Source of the DNA: Altererythrobacter sp.
GTDB taxonomy: Bacteria; Pseudomonadota; Alphaproteobacteria; Sphingomonadales; Sphingomonadaceae
Assembly (NCBI GenBank): GCA_050304495.1
Contig: JBNLDR010000001.1
Coordinates: 1-44,854, forward strand
Length of the DNA: 44,854 nucleotides
Direction: 5' to 3'
A model generated the notes under the pieces. That model made no database searches. It was not told the DNA's origin and saw only the letters and a program-made list of their open reading frames with translations. Position 1 is the first letter of the stretch; every line of letters starts with the position of its first letter. Below, one piece after another: positions 16,746 through 26,216 of the stretch. Position numbers and translations under genes: made by a program.

Positions 16746-17204
16746 ATGCCCAACGTGTCATCCGACGAAATCGACATTCTCGAAAAAGCTAAGGGTACGC
16801 TCGACACGGATTATGTGCCGAGCGAAAGCGAGCCATACATGAACGAACGGCAGCAGGATTATTTCCGATCCCTGTTGACCGAATGGAAGCGTTCGATCCA
16901 CAATGCTGCGGGTCAGACCTTGCAGTCGCTTCAAGACGGGCCGATCCGCGAGCCCGATCTCAACGACCGCGCCTCCAGCGAGACTGACTGGGGTATCGAA
17001 CTGCGCACCCGCGACCGTCAGCGTAAGCTTATTTCCAAGATCGATGCTGCTTTGCGCCGTATTGATGAGGGCGAGTATGGCTATTGCGAGGTGACCGGCG
17101 ATCCGATTGGGATCAGGCGTCTGATTGCTCGGCCCGTCGCCACCATGACAGTGGAAGCGCAAGAGGCACATGAGCGCCGTGAGAAGATCTCGCGCGACGA
17201 TTGA
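16746..17204 (+). CDS. dksA: RNA polymerase-binding transcription factor DksA
   Basis: EPYMNERQ, PDLNDRASSE, RDRQRKLISKIDAAL, YGYCEVTGDPIG..RL.ARP. Confidence 0.95.
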   Translation: MPNVSSDEIDILEKAKGTLDTDYVPSESEPYMNERQQDYFRSLLTEWKRSIHNAAGQTLQSLQDGPIREPDLNDRASSETDWGIELRTRDRQRKLISKIDAALRRIDEGEYGYCEVTGDPIGIRRLIARPVATMTVEAQEAHERREKISRDD

Positions 17205-17244
17205 TGCGAGCGTGCGCCTGGCGCGCCCAGCCCCGAATTCGCGG

Positions 17245-17259
17245 TTAATGGTTCCTTAG
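17245..17259 (+). promoter_or_regulatory. Candidate CtrA box upstream of the PilZ gene
   Basis: TTAA-TGGTTCC-TTAG, one mismatch to consensus. Confidence 0.45.
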
Positions 17260-17343
17260 GCTCTTCGCGCTAGGTGCAGTCTAGGGCGGTCCGATTGCTG
17301 GACGCCCGGTAATTAACGCAGGACCCGGGGGAACTGGGAAACG

Positions 17344-17721
17344 ATGTCCGGCATCGAAACACGTAGCCAATCGCGCGAAAGCCTGTTCATGTTTGCCGAA
17401 GTGCAACTGGGGCAGCGGCCGCATCGCTATCGTGTGCGCGTGCGCAATCTGTCTTCGACGGGTATGATGGGTGCGGGCAATCTGCGGGTTGAACGCGGGG
17501 CGCAAATCACGGTCTTCCTTGAAGGCGAAGAGCCGATCGAAGGCCATGTCGCTTGGGTGCAGAGCGACCGGTTTGGAATTGCCTTCGCAGACGAGATCGA
17601 TTTCGACGGGGTCAAGCACCACAATATCCATCGTTCCACGTCTGGCTCCATGGAAAGCGCGATCGTGCCCCGCCGCGATGCCGCAGCACCGTCGGCACAG
17701 GACAAGTTTCGCTCCATCTGA
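17344..17721 (+). CDS. PilZ domain protein
   Basis: RxxxR (RSQSR) and NLSSTG motifs; VAWV...FGIAF. Confidence 0.85.
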   Translation: MSGIETRSQSRESLFMFAEVQLGQRPHRYRVRVRNLSSTGMMGAGNLRVERGAQITVFLEGEEPIEGHVAWVQSDRFGIAFADEIDFDGVKHHNIHRSTSGSMESAIVPRRDAAAPSAQDKFRSI

Positions 17722-17800
17722 CCGGAGGGGCTGCCAAAAATCACAAAGTGCCCTAATCGCCGCTGACCGGGGCAGAACAAGCTGCTAACCAGCCTGAGCA

Positions 17801-19267
17801 ATGCGATTCTGGCTGTCTTTCATCCCTGTTCTTTTGCTGGCTGCGTGCGGGCCATCCGGTTCGGGCGGGCCGGTTGATGTGGCGGTGATCGGCAACAGCA
17901 ACAGCCTGTTTCAGCAAGGCGTGCGCCTTTCGGCCGCGGCCCAGCATTTGCGCGGCGCCACTCATGAGGGATTGGTCGCGCTTGATGCGAGCGGTCAGGT
18001 CGTTCCCGCCCTTGCGGATCGCTGGATCGTCACCGATGATGGCGCGAGCTATATCTTCAAGCTCCGCGATTCCGACTGGCCGGATGGGGAGCAGGTCACA
18101 TCGCGCGACGTGCAGCGCCTGCTGCGCGACAATATCCGGCGGTTGCGTGGGACATCGCTGGGGCTCGACCTGGAGAAGATCGTTGACATTCGCGCCATGG
18201 CGGGCCGGGTGGTCGAGATCCGGCTGTCGAGCAGCATGCCCGATTTCCTGCGCCTTCTGGCCCAGCCCGAGATGGGGCTGTCCTATGGCGGAAAGGGCAC
18301 GGGCCCTATGACTATGGTGCGCGAAGCCGGCAGCGACATTGCGAATTTGACTGCGGTGCCACCGGAAGCCCGCGGGCTGCCGGCCCGCGAAGACTGGCAA
18401 GCATTGGCGCGCCAGGTGAATGTGCGGGCCATGGCCGGTGCGAATGCCATCAAGGCATTCAATTCCGGGCAAGTTGATCTGGTTCTGAATGGCCGGGTCG
18501 CGCAGCTGCCGCTGGCGGAATCCGGGCCGCTTTCACGCGGGACGATCAGGCTTGATGCGGCGCTGGGCATTTTCGGGCTTGCGCCTCGCAATGAGCGGGG
18601 CGTGCTTGAAAGCGCGGAAATGCGAGAGGCACTGTCAATGTCGATCGATCGTAGCGCCATTGCCGCCGCGCTGAACATTGGTGGGTGGGAACAGACTACG
18701 CTGATCGTACCCGGAACAATAAGCGAGTCCCCGAAATCCACGCCCGAACGCTGGGCTGACCTTTCGTTGCAGCAGCGCCGCGCCATCGCCACGCAGCGGG
18801 TAAAACAATGGACGTTCAGGAATGTTCGCCAGGCCAGCATCCGCATCGCCATGCCGGAAGGGCAGGGCAGCAATGTGCTTTACGGCCTGATTGCAGAGGC
18901 GTTCCAGGGGATTGGTGTTGCGACGCGCCAGGTGAAGATGGAAGAGGACGCCGATCTTGAACTGGTTGACCGGTCGGCGCGCTATGCTGCGCCGCGCTGG
19001 TACCTCAATCAGTTCAATTGCACATTCAATCTGGGACTGTGTTCCACCGATGCCGACGATTTGGTGGCGCAGGCAATTATTGCGACGGATCCTGAGGTAG
19101 AGCGGCAATTGCTCGCCGAAGCACACCAGAAATTGATGGCGGAAGAGGTTTTCATTCCCCTGGGGGCACCGATCCGCTGGTCATTGGTACGCGGCAGCAT
19201 TTCGGGGTTCGAGCCGAATCCGTGGGGCCTCCACCCCTTGTTTCCGCTGTCCCAGCCAACCAATTAG
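17801..19267 (+). CDS. Family-5 solute-binding lipoprotein
   Basis: Lipobox LLLAAC; EGLVALDASGQVVPALADRW..YIFKLR..WPDG. Confidence 0.85.
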   Translation: MRFWLSFIPVLLLAACGPSGSGGPVDVAVIGNSNSLFQQGVRLSAAAQHLRGATHEGLVALDASGQVVPALADRWIVTDDGASYIFKLRDSDWPDGEQVTSRDVQRLLRDNIRRLRGTSLGLDLEKIVDIRAMAGRVVEIRLSSSMPDFLRLLAQPEMGLSYGGKGTGPMTMVREAGSDIANLTAVPPEARGLPAREDWQALARQVNVRAMAGANAIKAFNSGQVDLVLNGRVAQLPLAESGPLSRGTIRLDAALGIFGLAPRNERGVLESAEMREALSMSIDRSAIAAALNIGGWEQTTLIVPGTISESPKSTPERWADLSLQQRRAIATQRVKQWTFRNVRQASIRIAMPEGQGSNVLYGLIAEAFQGIGVATRQVKMEEDADLELVDRSARYAAPRWYLNQFNCTFNLGLCSTDADDLVAQAIIATDPEVERQLLAEAHQKLMAEEVFIPLGAPIRWSLVRGSISGFEPNPWGLHPLFPLSQPTN

Positions 19268-19285
19268 GTGAGGAAGGAGAGGTCC

Positions 19286-19702
19286 ATGCCCGCACCACAG
19301 CGCCCCAGACCGCTTGTCATGAACCTGCCCACCGGAACCGATGTGCATTCGATCAGGGCGCGGATCGAAGCGCTTGAAATCATGCTGGAGCGCAGCTTTC
19401 ACCTGCCCGTGATCAACTATCCGGTTGGGCTCGATGCAATCGTTGGGCTGGTCCCGGTGCTGGGCGAAATCGTGACCACCGCCATGGGTGCCTATCTCGT
19501 TTGGGAGGCGCGCAATCTGGGCCTGCCCAAATGGAAGCTGTGGCGCATGGTGGGCAATGTCGCCTTTGACACCGCGATCGGCACGGTGCCGATTGTTGGC
19601 GATGCCGCCGACCTCCTGTTCCGGTCAAACACGCGCAATCTCAAGATCGTCAAGAATCATCTCGACAAGCATCATCCGGCGACCAGCGTGATTGAGGGGT
19701 AA
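19286..19702 (+). CDS. DUF4112 family protein
   Basis: GLDAIVGLVPVLGE, GTVPIVGDAADLLFRSNTRN; AGGAGA RBS. Confidence 0.85.
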   Translation: MPAPQRPRPLVMNLPTGTDVHSIRARIEALEIMLERSFHLPVINYPVGLDAIVGLVPVLGEIVTTAMGAYLVWEARNLGLPKWKLWRMVGNVAFDTAIGTVPIVGDAADLLFRSNTRNLKIVKNHLDKHHPATSVIEG

Positions 19703-19715
19703 TGGCTGGGGAGGC

Positions 19716-20324
19716 TCATTCCTCCAGCTCGATGTCCCAATACAGCCAGTCGCGCCAGGTTTCGTGCAAATAATTGGGCGGGAACAGCTTTCCGCGTTGC
19801 TGCAATTGCCAGCTGGTGGGTCGGATCGGCTTCATCGGCAAATGCATATGCGCCTGCTGCGGTGTGCGTCCGCCCTTCTTCATATTGCAGGGCGCGCAGG
19901 CGGTAACGATATTTTCCCAGGTGGTCTTTCCCCCCAGACGCCGCGGGATCACGTGATCGAAGGTCAAATGATGCGGGCTGCCGCAATATTGGCACTGGAA
20001 ACTGTCACGCAGGAACAGGTTGAAACGGGTGAAGGCGGGAAATTCGTTCTGCTTCACATATTGCCGCAGCGCGATCACGCTGGGGATCTTCATGTCAAGC
20101 GAGGGTGAATGCACCTCCCGGTCATAGCTGGCGACAATATCCACCCGGTCCAGGAACACGGCCTTGATGGCGGTTTGCCAGGGCCACAGGCTCAATGGGT
20201 AATAGGATAGAGGGGTGTAATCGGCATTGAGCACCAGCGATGGGCAGGCCGAAAGGTTGCGCCCGGGATCCTCTTCCGCGCTGCGGAATTTAGCCGCCTT
20301 CTCGATCAGTTCTGCCTTGAACAC
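19716..20324 (-). CDS. HNH endonuclease (McrA-like)
   Basis: LVLNADY.PLS, RDSFQCQYCG, TFDHVIPR..GG..TWEN..ACAPCN..KG; GGGAG RBS before GTG. Confidence 0.9.
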   Translation of the reverse strand: MFKAELIEKAAKFRSAEEDPGRNLSACPSLVLNADYTPLSYYPLSLWPWQTAIKAVFLDRVDIVASYDREVHSPSLDMKIPSVIALRQYVKQNEFPAFTRFNLFLRDSFQCQYCGSPHHLTFDHVIPRRLGGKTTWENIVTACAPCNMKKGGRTPQQAHMHLPMKPIRPTSWQLQQRGKLFPPNYLHETWRDWLYWDIELEE

Positions 20325-20450
20325 GTCTGGCCACTCCCTGATTAAGTCGAAAGAATCATTTGCTGATAAAAGCGTCAACCCCGTTACAAGCGAAATTTCC
20401 ACAAGCAGAATTTGACGATTGGTCCGAATCGCCCTGATTTCGAGTCAAGC

Positions 20451-21281
20451 ATGATCACCACACGATTCGCCCCCAGCCCCAATGGCATGCTGCATCTGGG
20501 CCATGCTTTTTCCGCAATCACCGCGCATGACCTGGCCAAAGCAGGGAATGGCCGCTTCCTGCTGAGGATTGAGGATATCGACGGTGAGCGCAGCCGCGCG
20601 GAGTTGACCGATGCCTTTCGGGCGGATCTTGCCTGGCTCGGCCTCGAATGGGAAGATGTGCCTGCCCAATCGACCCGGCTAGCCAGCTACTCGGCAGCGA
20701 TAGAGCGCTTGGGCGCGATGGATCTGCTTTATCCCTGCCAATGCACGCGCGCCGAGATTTCGGCCGCGGCGCACCGCATCGGGCCGGAAGGGCCGATCTA
20801 TCCCGGCACTTGCAAGGGGCGGTCGATCGATCATGCAAGGCCGGTAGCTTGGCGGCTTGATACCGCTGCGGCATCTGCGCAATGCGGACCTCTCGAATGG
20901 CTGGACGAACTGGCTGGCCCGCAAGCCGCGCGGCCTGAATTGCTGGGCGATGTGGTCTTGCAGCGCAAAGATGAGCCAGCAAGCTATCACCTGGCCGCTA
21001 CGCTTGATGATGCCGCAGATGGCGTCACCCTGGTGACGCGCGGTGCAGATCTGTTTACGGCAACGCATGTGCACCGCCTGCTGCAGGCGCTATTGGGCCT
21101 GCCCGTCCCGCGCTGGCACCACCATCCTTTGTTGCTGGACGATGCAGGGCGCAAGCTGGCCAAGCGCCGCGGCAGCGCCTCGCTTGCCGATATGCGCGAA
21201 AGGGGCGTGGATGGGCTGGCGCTGGCGGCAAACTTGCGCCGCCACATCTTCCCGGCTGGTATTTCGCTGGAGAAGGCCTAG
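20451..21281 (+). CDS. gluQ: Glutamyl-Q tRNA(Asp) synthetase
   Basis: TRFAPSP..LHLGH, LRIEDID, CxCTR, KLAKR; catalytic domain only. Confidence 0.9.
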   Translation: MITTRFAPSPNGMLHLGHAFSAITAHDLAKAGNGRFLLRIEDIDGERSRAELTDAFRADLAWLGLEWEDVPAQSTRLASYSAAIERLGAMDLLYPCQCTRAEISAAAHRIGPEGPIYPGTCKGRSIDHARPVAWRLDTAAASAQCGPLEWLDELAGPQAARPELLGDVVLQRKDEPASYHLAATLDDAADGVTLVTRGADLFTATHVHRLLQALLGLPVPRWHHHPLLLDDAGRKLAKRRGSASLADMRERGVDGLALAANLRRHIFPAGISLEKA

Positions 21282-21290
21282 ATTGCGCAC

Positions 21291-21521
21291 ATGAATACAT
21301 TCCTCATCATTGCACTCATCGGCGTGATGGCGCTGGTCCTGATCAGCCTGGTGCGCGGTGTCATCGCATTCCTGCAAACGACCAAGCTGGACCTTGAATC
21401 CGGTGAGACCGAGCAGGTCACCGAAATGCAGCTGAAGCAAAACCGGATGATGATGAACCGCATCCTGTTCCAGGGGGTGGCGATCATCATTGTGGTGCTG
21501 ATACTCGCATCCGCCAGCTGA
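21291..21521 (+). CDS. HIG1-like twin transmembrane helix small protein
   Basis: Two TM helices, QNRMMMNRILFQGVAI. Confidence 0.75.
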   Translation: MNTFLIIALIGVMALVLISLVRGVIAFLQTTKLDLESGETEQVTEMQLKQNRMMMNRILFQGVAIIIVVLILASAS

Positions 21522-21539
21522 CCAGGGCTTTTCACGCCG

Positions 21540-22118
21540 ATGGTGAAGCTCAACAGGATCTATACGCGCACCGGTGATGACGGCTCCACCGGGCTCGTCG
21601 ATGGTTCGCGCGTCGCCAAGCAATCCCTGCGGATAGAGGCGATCGGCAAGGTCGATGAAGCCAATAGCGTGATCGGGCTGGCGATTGCCGCGCTGGATGA
21701 TGACGGTGCCGCGGCTGAAGCCCTTAGGCGCATCCAGAACGATTTGTTCGATCTTGGCGCCGATTTGGCGACTCCGAGTTCCGATGGCGTCTTTGCCCCG
21801 TCCGAAATGGTGCTGCGCATGGTTACAGGGCAGGTCGAATGGCTGGAACATGCGATTGACCAGCTGAACGATAATCTTGAGCCACTGACGAGCTTTGTCC
21901 TTCCTGGCGGCGGCGAAGCCGCAGCCAGGGTCCATGTCGCGCGCGCCACCGCCCGTGCGGCCGAGCGCGCGATTGCGGCATTGGCGGGTGGGGAGGCGGT
22001 CAATCCAGCCGCGCTCGCCTATGTCAATCGCCTGTCAGATTATCTCTTTGTCCTCGCTCGGGCGCTCAATGACAATGGCGCCAGCGACATAAGATGGATT
22101 CCCGGCGCAAATCGCTGA
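21540..22118 (+). CDS. PduO-type cob(I)alamin adenosyltransferase
   Basis: IYTRTGDDG, VDEANS, QNDLFDLGADL, RAAER, YVNRLSDYLF. Confidence 0.93.
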   Translation: MVKLNRIYTRTGDDGSTGLVDGSRVAKQSLRIEAIGKVDEANSVIGLAIAALDDDGAAAEALRRIQNDLFDLGADLATPSSDGVFAPSEMVLRMVTGQVEWLEHAIDQLNDNLEPLTSFVLPGGGEAAARVHVARATARAAERAIAALAGGEAVNPAALAYVNRLSDYLFVLARALNDNGASDIRWIPGANR

Positions 22119-22188
22119 TTGCGCGCTGGCAAAGCCTGCAATGCCCCGCTAACAGGCCCACTATGTTGCAAGTGCGAAGGGAATGGCT

Positions 22189-23058
22189 ATGCAAACAGTG
22201 GCGGTGATCGGGGCGGGGCAAATGGGCACCGGAATCGCCCAGACCGTGGCGCAGCACGGGATAAAGGTGTTGCTGTCCGACGTCGATCTCGCACGCGCGG
22301 AGGCCGGCAAGGCCACGGTCGACAAGGCGCTGAGCAAGCTTGTCGGGCGCGGCAAGATGGAAATCGCGGAGGCGGAAAGCTTGCTCGCGCGGATCACCCC
22401 GGTTGGCGACTATGGTCCGATGGCGGATGCCGAACTGATTATCGAAGCGGCGACCGAGCGCGAGGAAATCAAGAAGATCATCTTCGAGGCGGTTGGCAAG
22501 ATGCTGAATGCCAATGCGGTGATGGCCAGCAATACCAGTTCGATCCCGATCACGCGGATGGCCAACTATTCACCTGATCCGAAACGCTTTATCGGCCTGC
22601 ATTTCTTCAACCCGGTGCCGGTCATGGGGCTGATCGAAGTTATTCCGGGGTTGGCCACGGCGCCAGAGACCACCTCCCGCATCACCGCCTTTGCCGAAGG
22701 GCTGGGCAAGCAGGTGGTGCTGAGCCAGGATGAGCCAGGCTTCGTCGTCAATCGAATCCTTTTGCCGATGATCAACGAAGCGGTGTTTGTGCTGGGTCAG
22801 TCGACTGCCAACATAGCCGATATCGACAAGGGCTGCCGCCTCGGTCTCAACCATCCGATGGGCCCGCTGGAACTCGCCGATTTTGTCGGGCTGGACACCT
22901 GTTTCGAGATCATCAAGGTGCTTTACGAGACCACCGGTGACAGCAAATATCGCCCCGCGCCGCTGCTGGTGAAATATGTCGAGGCCGGCTGGCTGGGTCG
23001 CAAGACCGGCCGCGGCTTCTACGATTATTCAGGCGAAGCGCCGGTTCCCACGCGTTAA
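22189..23058 (+). CDS. hbd: 3-hydroxybutyryl-CoA/3-hydroxyacyl-CoA dehydrogenase
   Basis: [46 protein letters not shown]. Confidence 0.9.
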   Translation: MQTVAVIGAGQMGTGIAQTVAQHGIKVLLSDVDLARAEAGKATVDKALSKLVGRGKMEIAEAESLLARITPVGDYGPMADAELIIEAATEREEIKKIIFEAVGKMLNANAVMASNTSSIPITRMANYSPDPKRFIGLHFFNPVPVMGLIEVIPGLATAPETTSRITAFAEGLGKQVVLSQDEPGFVVNRILLPMINEAVFVLGQSTANIADIDKGCRLGLNHPMGPLELADFVGLDTCFEIIKVLYETTGDSKYRPAPLLVKYVEAGWLGRKTGRGFYDYSGEAPVPTR

Positions 23059-23091
23059 GGGGTCCTGCGAAAGGGCAAGCCAAAAGGGCTA

Positions 23092-23460
23092 TCAGGTACC
23101 AGGGCCGTCAACCCCCGGGCGCGGCCTTCGTTCACCCTGTGACGAACCTTCGCCAGCGCGCGGGGGTGGCGCATAATCGCCGATTTCGACGTCGCTCTCG
23201 AAATCGTCGAACTCGTTGGAATCTTGATCCGGTGCGAAGCTGCCAATCGATGCTTCCTGGTTGCGGCCACGCGAGGCCTGCTTGCGCTCCATCAACCGGC
23301 GATAGCTGTCGCCGCCAGAATTATCGTCGCGCGTCGCGGCGGTCAGCATGTTGTCGCCGCTATTGGAATCGACCAGGACCACCGTCCCGACGATGATGCA
23401 CCCGGCAAAAACGAGGGCGTTCTTGGAGCTGGTGAACAGGTTCGTCTTCATGGCCGCCAT
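23092..23460 (-). CDS. Hypothetical protein with N-terminal membrane anchor
   Basis: NLFTSSKNALVFAGCIIVGTVVLV followed by an acidic low-complexity tail; downstream of mutS. Confidence 0.6.
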   Translation of the reverse strand: MAAMKTNLFTSSKNALVFAGCIIVGTVVLVDSNSGDNMLTAATRDDNSGGDSYRRLMERKQASRGRNQEASIGSFAPDQDSNEFDDFESDVEIGDYAPPPRAGEGSSQGERRPRPGVDGPGT

Positions 23461-23476
23461 GATAGCTGACCCTGCG

Positions 23477-26101
23477 TTAACTTTCCGTAGCTTTGGCCTC
23501 TTTAACGAGTGCATAAAGCGTATCGAGTGCTTCCCGCGGCGAAAGGGCATCGACCTCGATTGCCGCGATCCTTTCGATCAGCGATTCCTCTGCCTCTTCG
23601 GCGACTTCCTGGAGCGCAGCGAATAATGGCAGTTCGCCAAGACCCGCCGCGATCCCGCCAGTTTCCGCGCGCCCTTTTTCCAAACGTTCAAGCACCTGCC
23701 TTGCGCGCTTCACAACCGGGGAAGGCACGCCTGCCAAACGCGCCACCGCCAGGCCATAGGATTGGTCAGCCGCCCCTTCGGCCAATTCGTGGAGCAGCAC
23801 CAGATCACCCTTCCACTCGCGCGCGCGGACATGGTGCAGCGACAGCGCATCGCATGTCTCCGCCAGACGGGCCAGCTCGTGGTAATGAGTCGCGAACAAA
23901 CACCGGCAAGCGATCTGCGAATGCACCGCCTCCACCACCGCCCAGGCCAGCGCCAATCCGTCATAGGTGGAGGTCCCGCGCCCCACTTCGTCGAGGATCA
24001 CAAAGCTGCGCTCGCTCGCTTGCGACAGGATCGCCGCGGTTTCGACCATTTCGACCATGAAGGTTGAGCGCCCGCGCGCCAAATTGTCCGATGCGCCAAC
24101 CCGGCTGAACAACCGGTCGACCAGGCCGATCCGCGCGCTTTCGGCGGGCACATATCCGCCTGCCTGAGCCAGCAGCACGATCAGCGCATTTTGTCGCAGG
24201 AAGGTCGATTTACCGCCCATGTTCGGTCCGCCAATCAGCCACAAGCGATCATCGGGCGAAAGCGAGCAATCATTAGCGACGAAGCGTTCCCCGGCCTTGG
24301 CCAGCGCTGCCTCGACCACCGGATGCCGCCCGCCCGATATCTCGAGCAAAGGTGCATCCTCAATCATCGGCCTGCACCATCCGCCTTCTGCCGCGCGTTC
24401 GGCCTGGCTGGCGGAAACGTCAATCCGGGCGAGAGCGGCCGCAGTGGCCGCGATCCGCGTGCTGGCGGCGCAGGCTTCAGCGACCAGTTCTTCGAAATGC
24501 GCCTCTTCTGCGGCCAGGGCATGGCCGCCCGCCTCGGCGATACGGCTCGCTTCCTCGTGCAGCGCGACCGAATTGAAGCGCACCGCACCGGCCATGGTCT
24601 GGCGGTGGGTGAAGCCGCTATCGGGCGCCATCAGCGCATCGCCATGCTTGGCCGGCACTTCGATGAAATAACCGAGCACGCCGTTATGCTTGATCTTGAG
24701 CGGGGCGATGCCGGTCTCTGCGCGATAGCGCGCCTCCATCGCGGCAATTGCGCGGCGGGCATTGCCCGAAATGGAGCGCAATTCGTCAAGCGCGGCATCA
24801 TAGCCTTCCGCGATGAAGCCGCCATTTGAACGCTCTGTGGGCGGGGAGGGAACCAGCGCGCGTTCGAACAGGTCCACCAGCGCGCCATGTCCGCCAAGCT
24901 GTGGTAGCAAGCTGGCGAGCAGCGGTGGTGTGTCAGGCAAGGCAGCGAGAAAATCGCGAATCCGCCGCGCATCGCGCAGCCCGTCGCGCAGCTGGCCAAG
25001 GTCGCGCGGAGTGCCCCGCCCGGCCACCACGCGCCCCAGCGCCCGCCCGATATCGGGCACTGCCCGCATCGCTTCGCGCAGGCAGGCACGGTTGAGCGGG
25101 TCATCGTGGAGCCAACGCACAAGCGCGAGCCGCTGCTCGATTTCCTGCCGATTGAGCAGCGGCGCGCCGAGATCCTCGGCCAGCAGCCGCGCACCGGCCC
25201 CGGTCACGCAGCGATCGACTGCGGCAACCAGGCTGTGCTCACGCCCGCCGGCCTGGCTGGAGAGTATCTCGAGGCTGGCCCGCGTCGCCTCGTCCATCAG
25301 CATCGCTTGTCCGCCGGCGCGGGGTGTGGGAGGCAGCAGCAATGGCAGCTTGCCGCGCCCAACATGGTCGAGATAGGAAATGAGCCCGCCAGCCGCGGCC
25401 AGCATGGCGCGCGAGAATTGCCCGAAACCGTCGAGCGTCGCCACCCCGTGCACGCGCTTCAGCCGATCTTCGCCCTGGTCGCTGGCAAAATCCGCATGGT
25501 AATGCTGGATCGTCTCGTCCGGGCCAAATTCCCAATTTTCGGGCACCACCACTTCGGTTGCGTTCAGCCGCGCGAGGCAGGCGCCCAGCATTTCAGGCGC
25601 GCATTCTTCCAGCACCATTGCCCCGGTTGAGATGTCGCAGCTGGCGATGCCGATTGTGCCGCGCAGCTCGGCCAGTGCCGCCAGTAAATTGGCCCGGCGC
25701 GGTTCCAGCAAAGCTTCCTCGGTCAGTGTGCCCGCAGTTACGAAGCGCACGATGTCGCGCTTGACCAACGCCTTGGAAACCGGCCGCCCTTCCTGCTTGG
25801 CGCGGGCCTTGGCCTGTTCGGGGGTTTCGACCTGCTCCGCGATGGCGACCCGGCACCCGGCCTTGATCAGCCGCGCCAAATAGCCTTCTGCGGCATGGAC
25901 CGGCACCCCGCACATCGGCACCGCTTCCCCGCCATGTTCGCCGCGCGATGTCAGCGCGATATCGAGAATGGCAGACGCTTGGCGGGCATCGTTGAAGAAC
26001 AGTTCGAAAAAATCGCCCATCCGGTAGAACAGCAGGCAGCCGTTGGCCTCGCGCTTCAGCGCCAGATATTGCGCCATCATCGGGGTTGGGGTTGCGGCCA
26101 T
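23477..26101 (-). CDS. mutS: DNA mismatch repair protein MutS
   Basis: TPMMAQY, FYRMGDFFELF, GPNMGGKSTFLRQ, STFMVEM, DEVGRGT, ATHYHEL. Confidence 0.98.
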   Translation of the reverse strand: MAATPTPMMAQYLALKREANGCLLFYRMGDFFELFFNDARQASAILDIALTSRGEHGGEAVPMCGVPVHAAEGYLARLIKAGCRVAIAEQVETPEQAKARAKQEGRPVSKALVKRDIVRFVTAGTLTEEALLEPRRANLLAALAELRGTIGIASCDISTGAMVLEECAPEMLGACLARLNATEVVVPENWEFGPDETIQHYHADFASDQGEDRLKRVHGVATLDGFGQFSRAMLAAAGGLISYLDHVGRGKLPLLLPPTPRAGGQAMLMDEATRASLEILSSQAGGREHSLVAAVDRCVTGAGARLLAEDLGAPLLNRQEIEQRLALVRWLHDDPLNRACLREAMRAVPDIGRALGRVVAGRGTPRDLGQLRDGLRDARRIRDFLAALPDTPPLLASLLPQLGGHGALVDLFERALVPSPPTERSNGGFIAEGYDAALDELRSISGNARRAIAAMEARYRAETGIAPLKIKHNGVLGYFIEVPAKHGDALMAPDSGFTHRQTMAGAVRFNSVALHEEASRIAEAGGHALAAEEAHFEELVAEACAASTRIAATAAALARIDVSASQAERAAEGGWCRPMIEDAPLLEISGGRHPVVEAALAKAGERFVANDCSLSPDDRLWLIGGPNMGGKSTFLRQNALIVLLAQAGGYVPAESARIGLVDRLFSRVGASDNLARGRSTFMVEMVETAAILSQASERSFVILDEVGRGTSTYDGLALAWAVVEAVHSQIACRCLFATHYHELARLAETCDALSLHHVRAREWKGDLVLLHELAEGAADQSYGLAVARLAGVPSPVVKRARQVLERLEKGRAETGGIAAGLGELPLFAALQEVAEEAEESLIERIAAIEVDALSPREALDTLYALVKEAKATES

Positions 26102-26216
26102 AGCCCGACCTAGCCATGCTGCGAATGATTCGAAATGGTGCGAATGTGCCTTTCCCCTATCGTTTGCCGAAAACACAGAGTAGGGGCGCTGCGTTACGCA
26201 AAGGAAGGTTCAAGAC

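Noticed and set aside
19716-20324. HNH nuclease as a defence system or GTA packaging nuclease
   Set aside because: Stand-alone, of a type widespread in alphaproteobacterial core genomes; no methylase or partner genes; 12 kb from the GTA.
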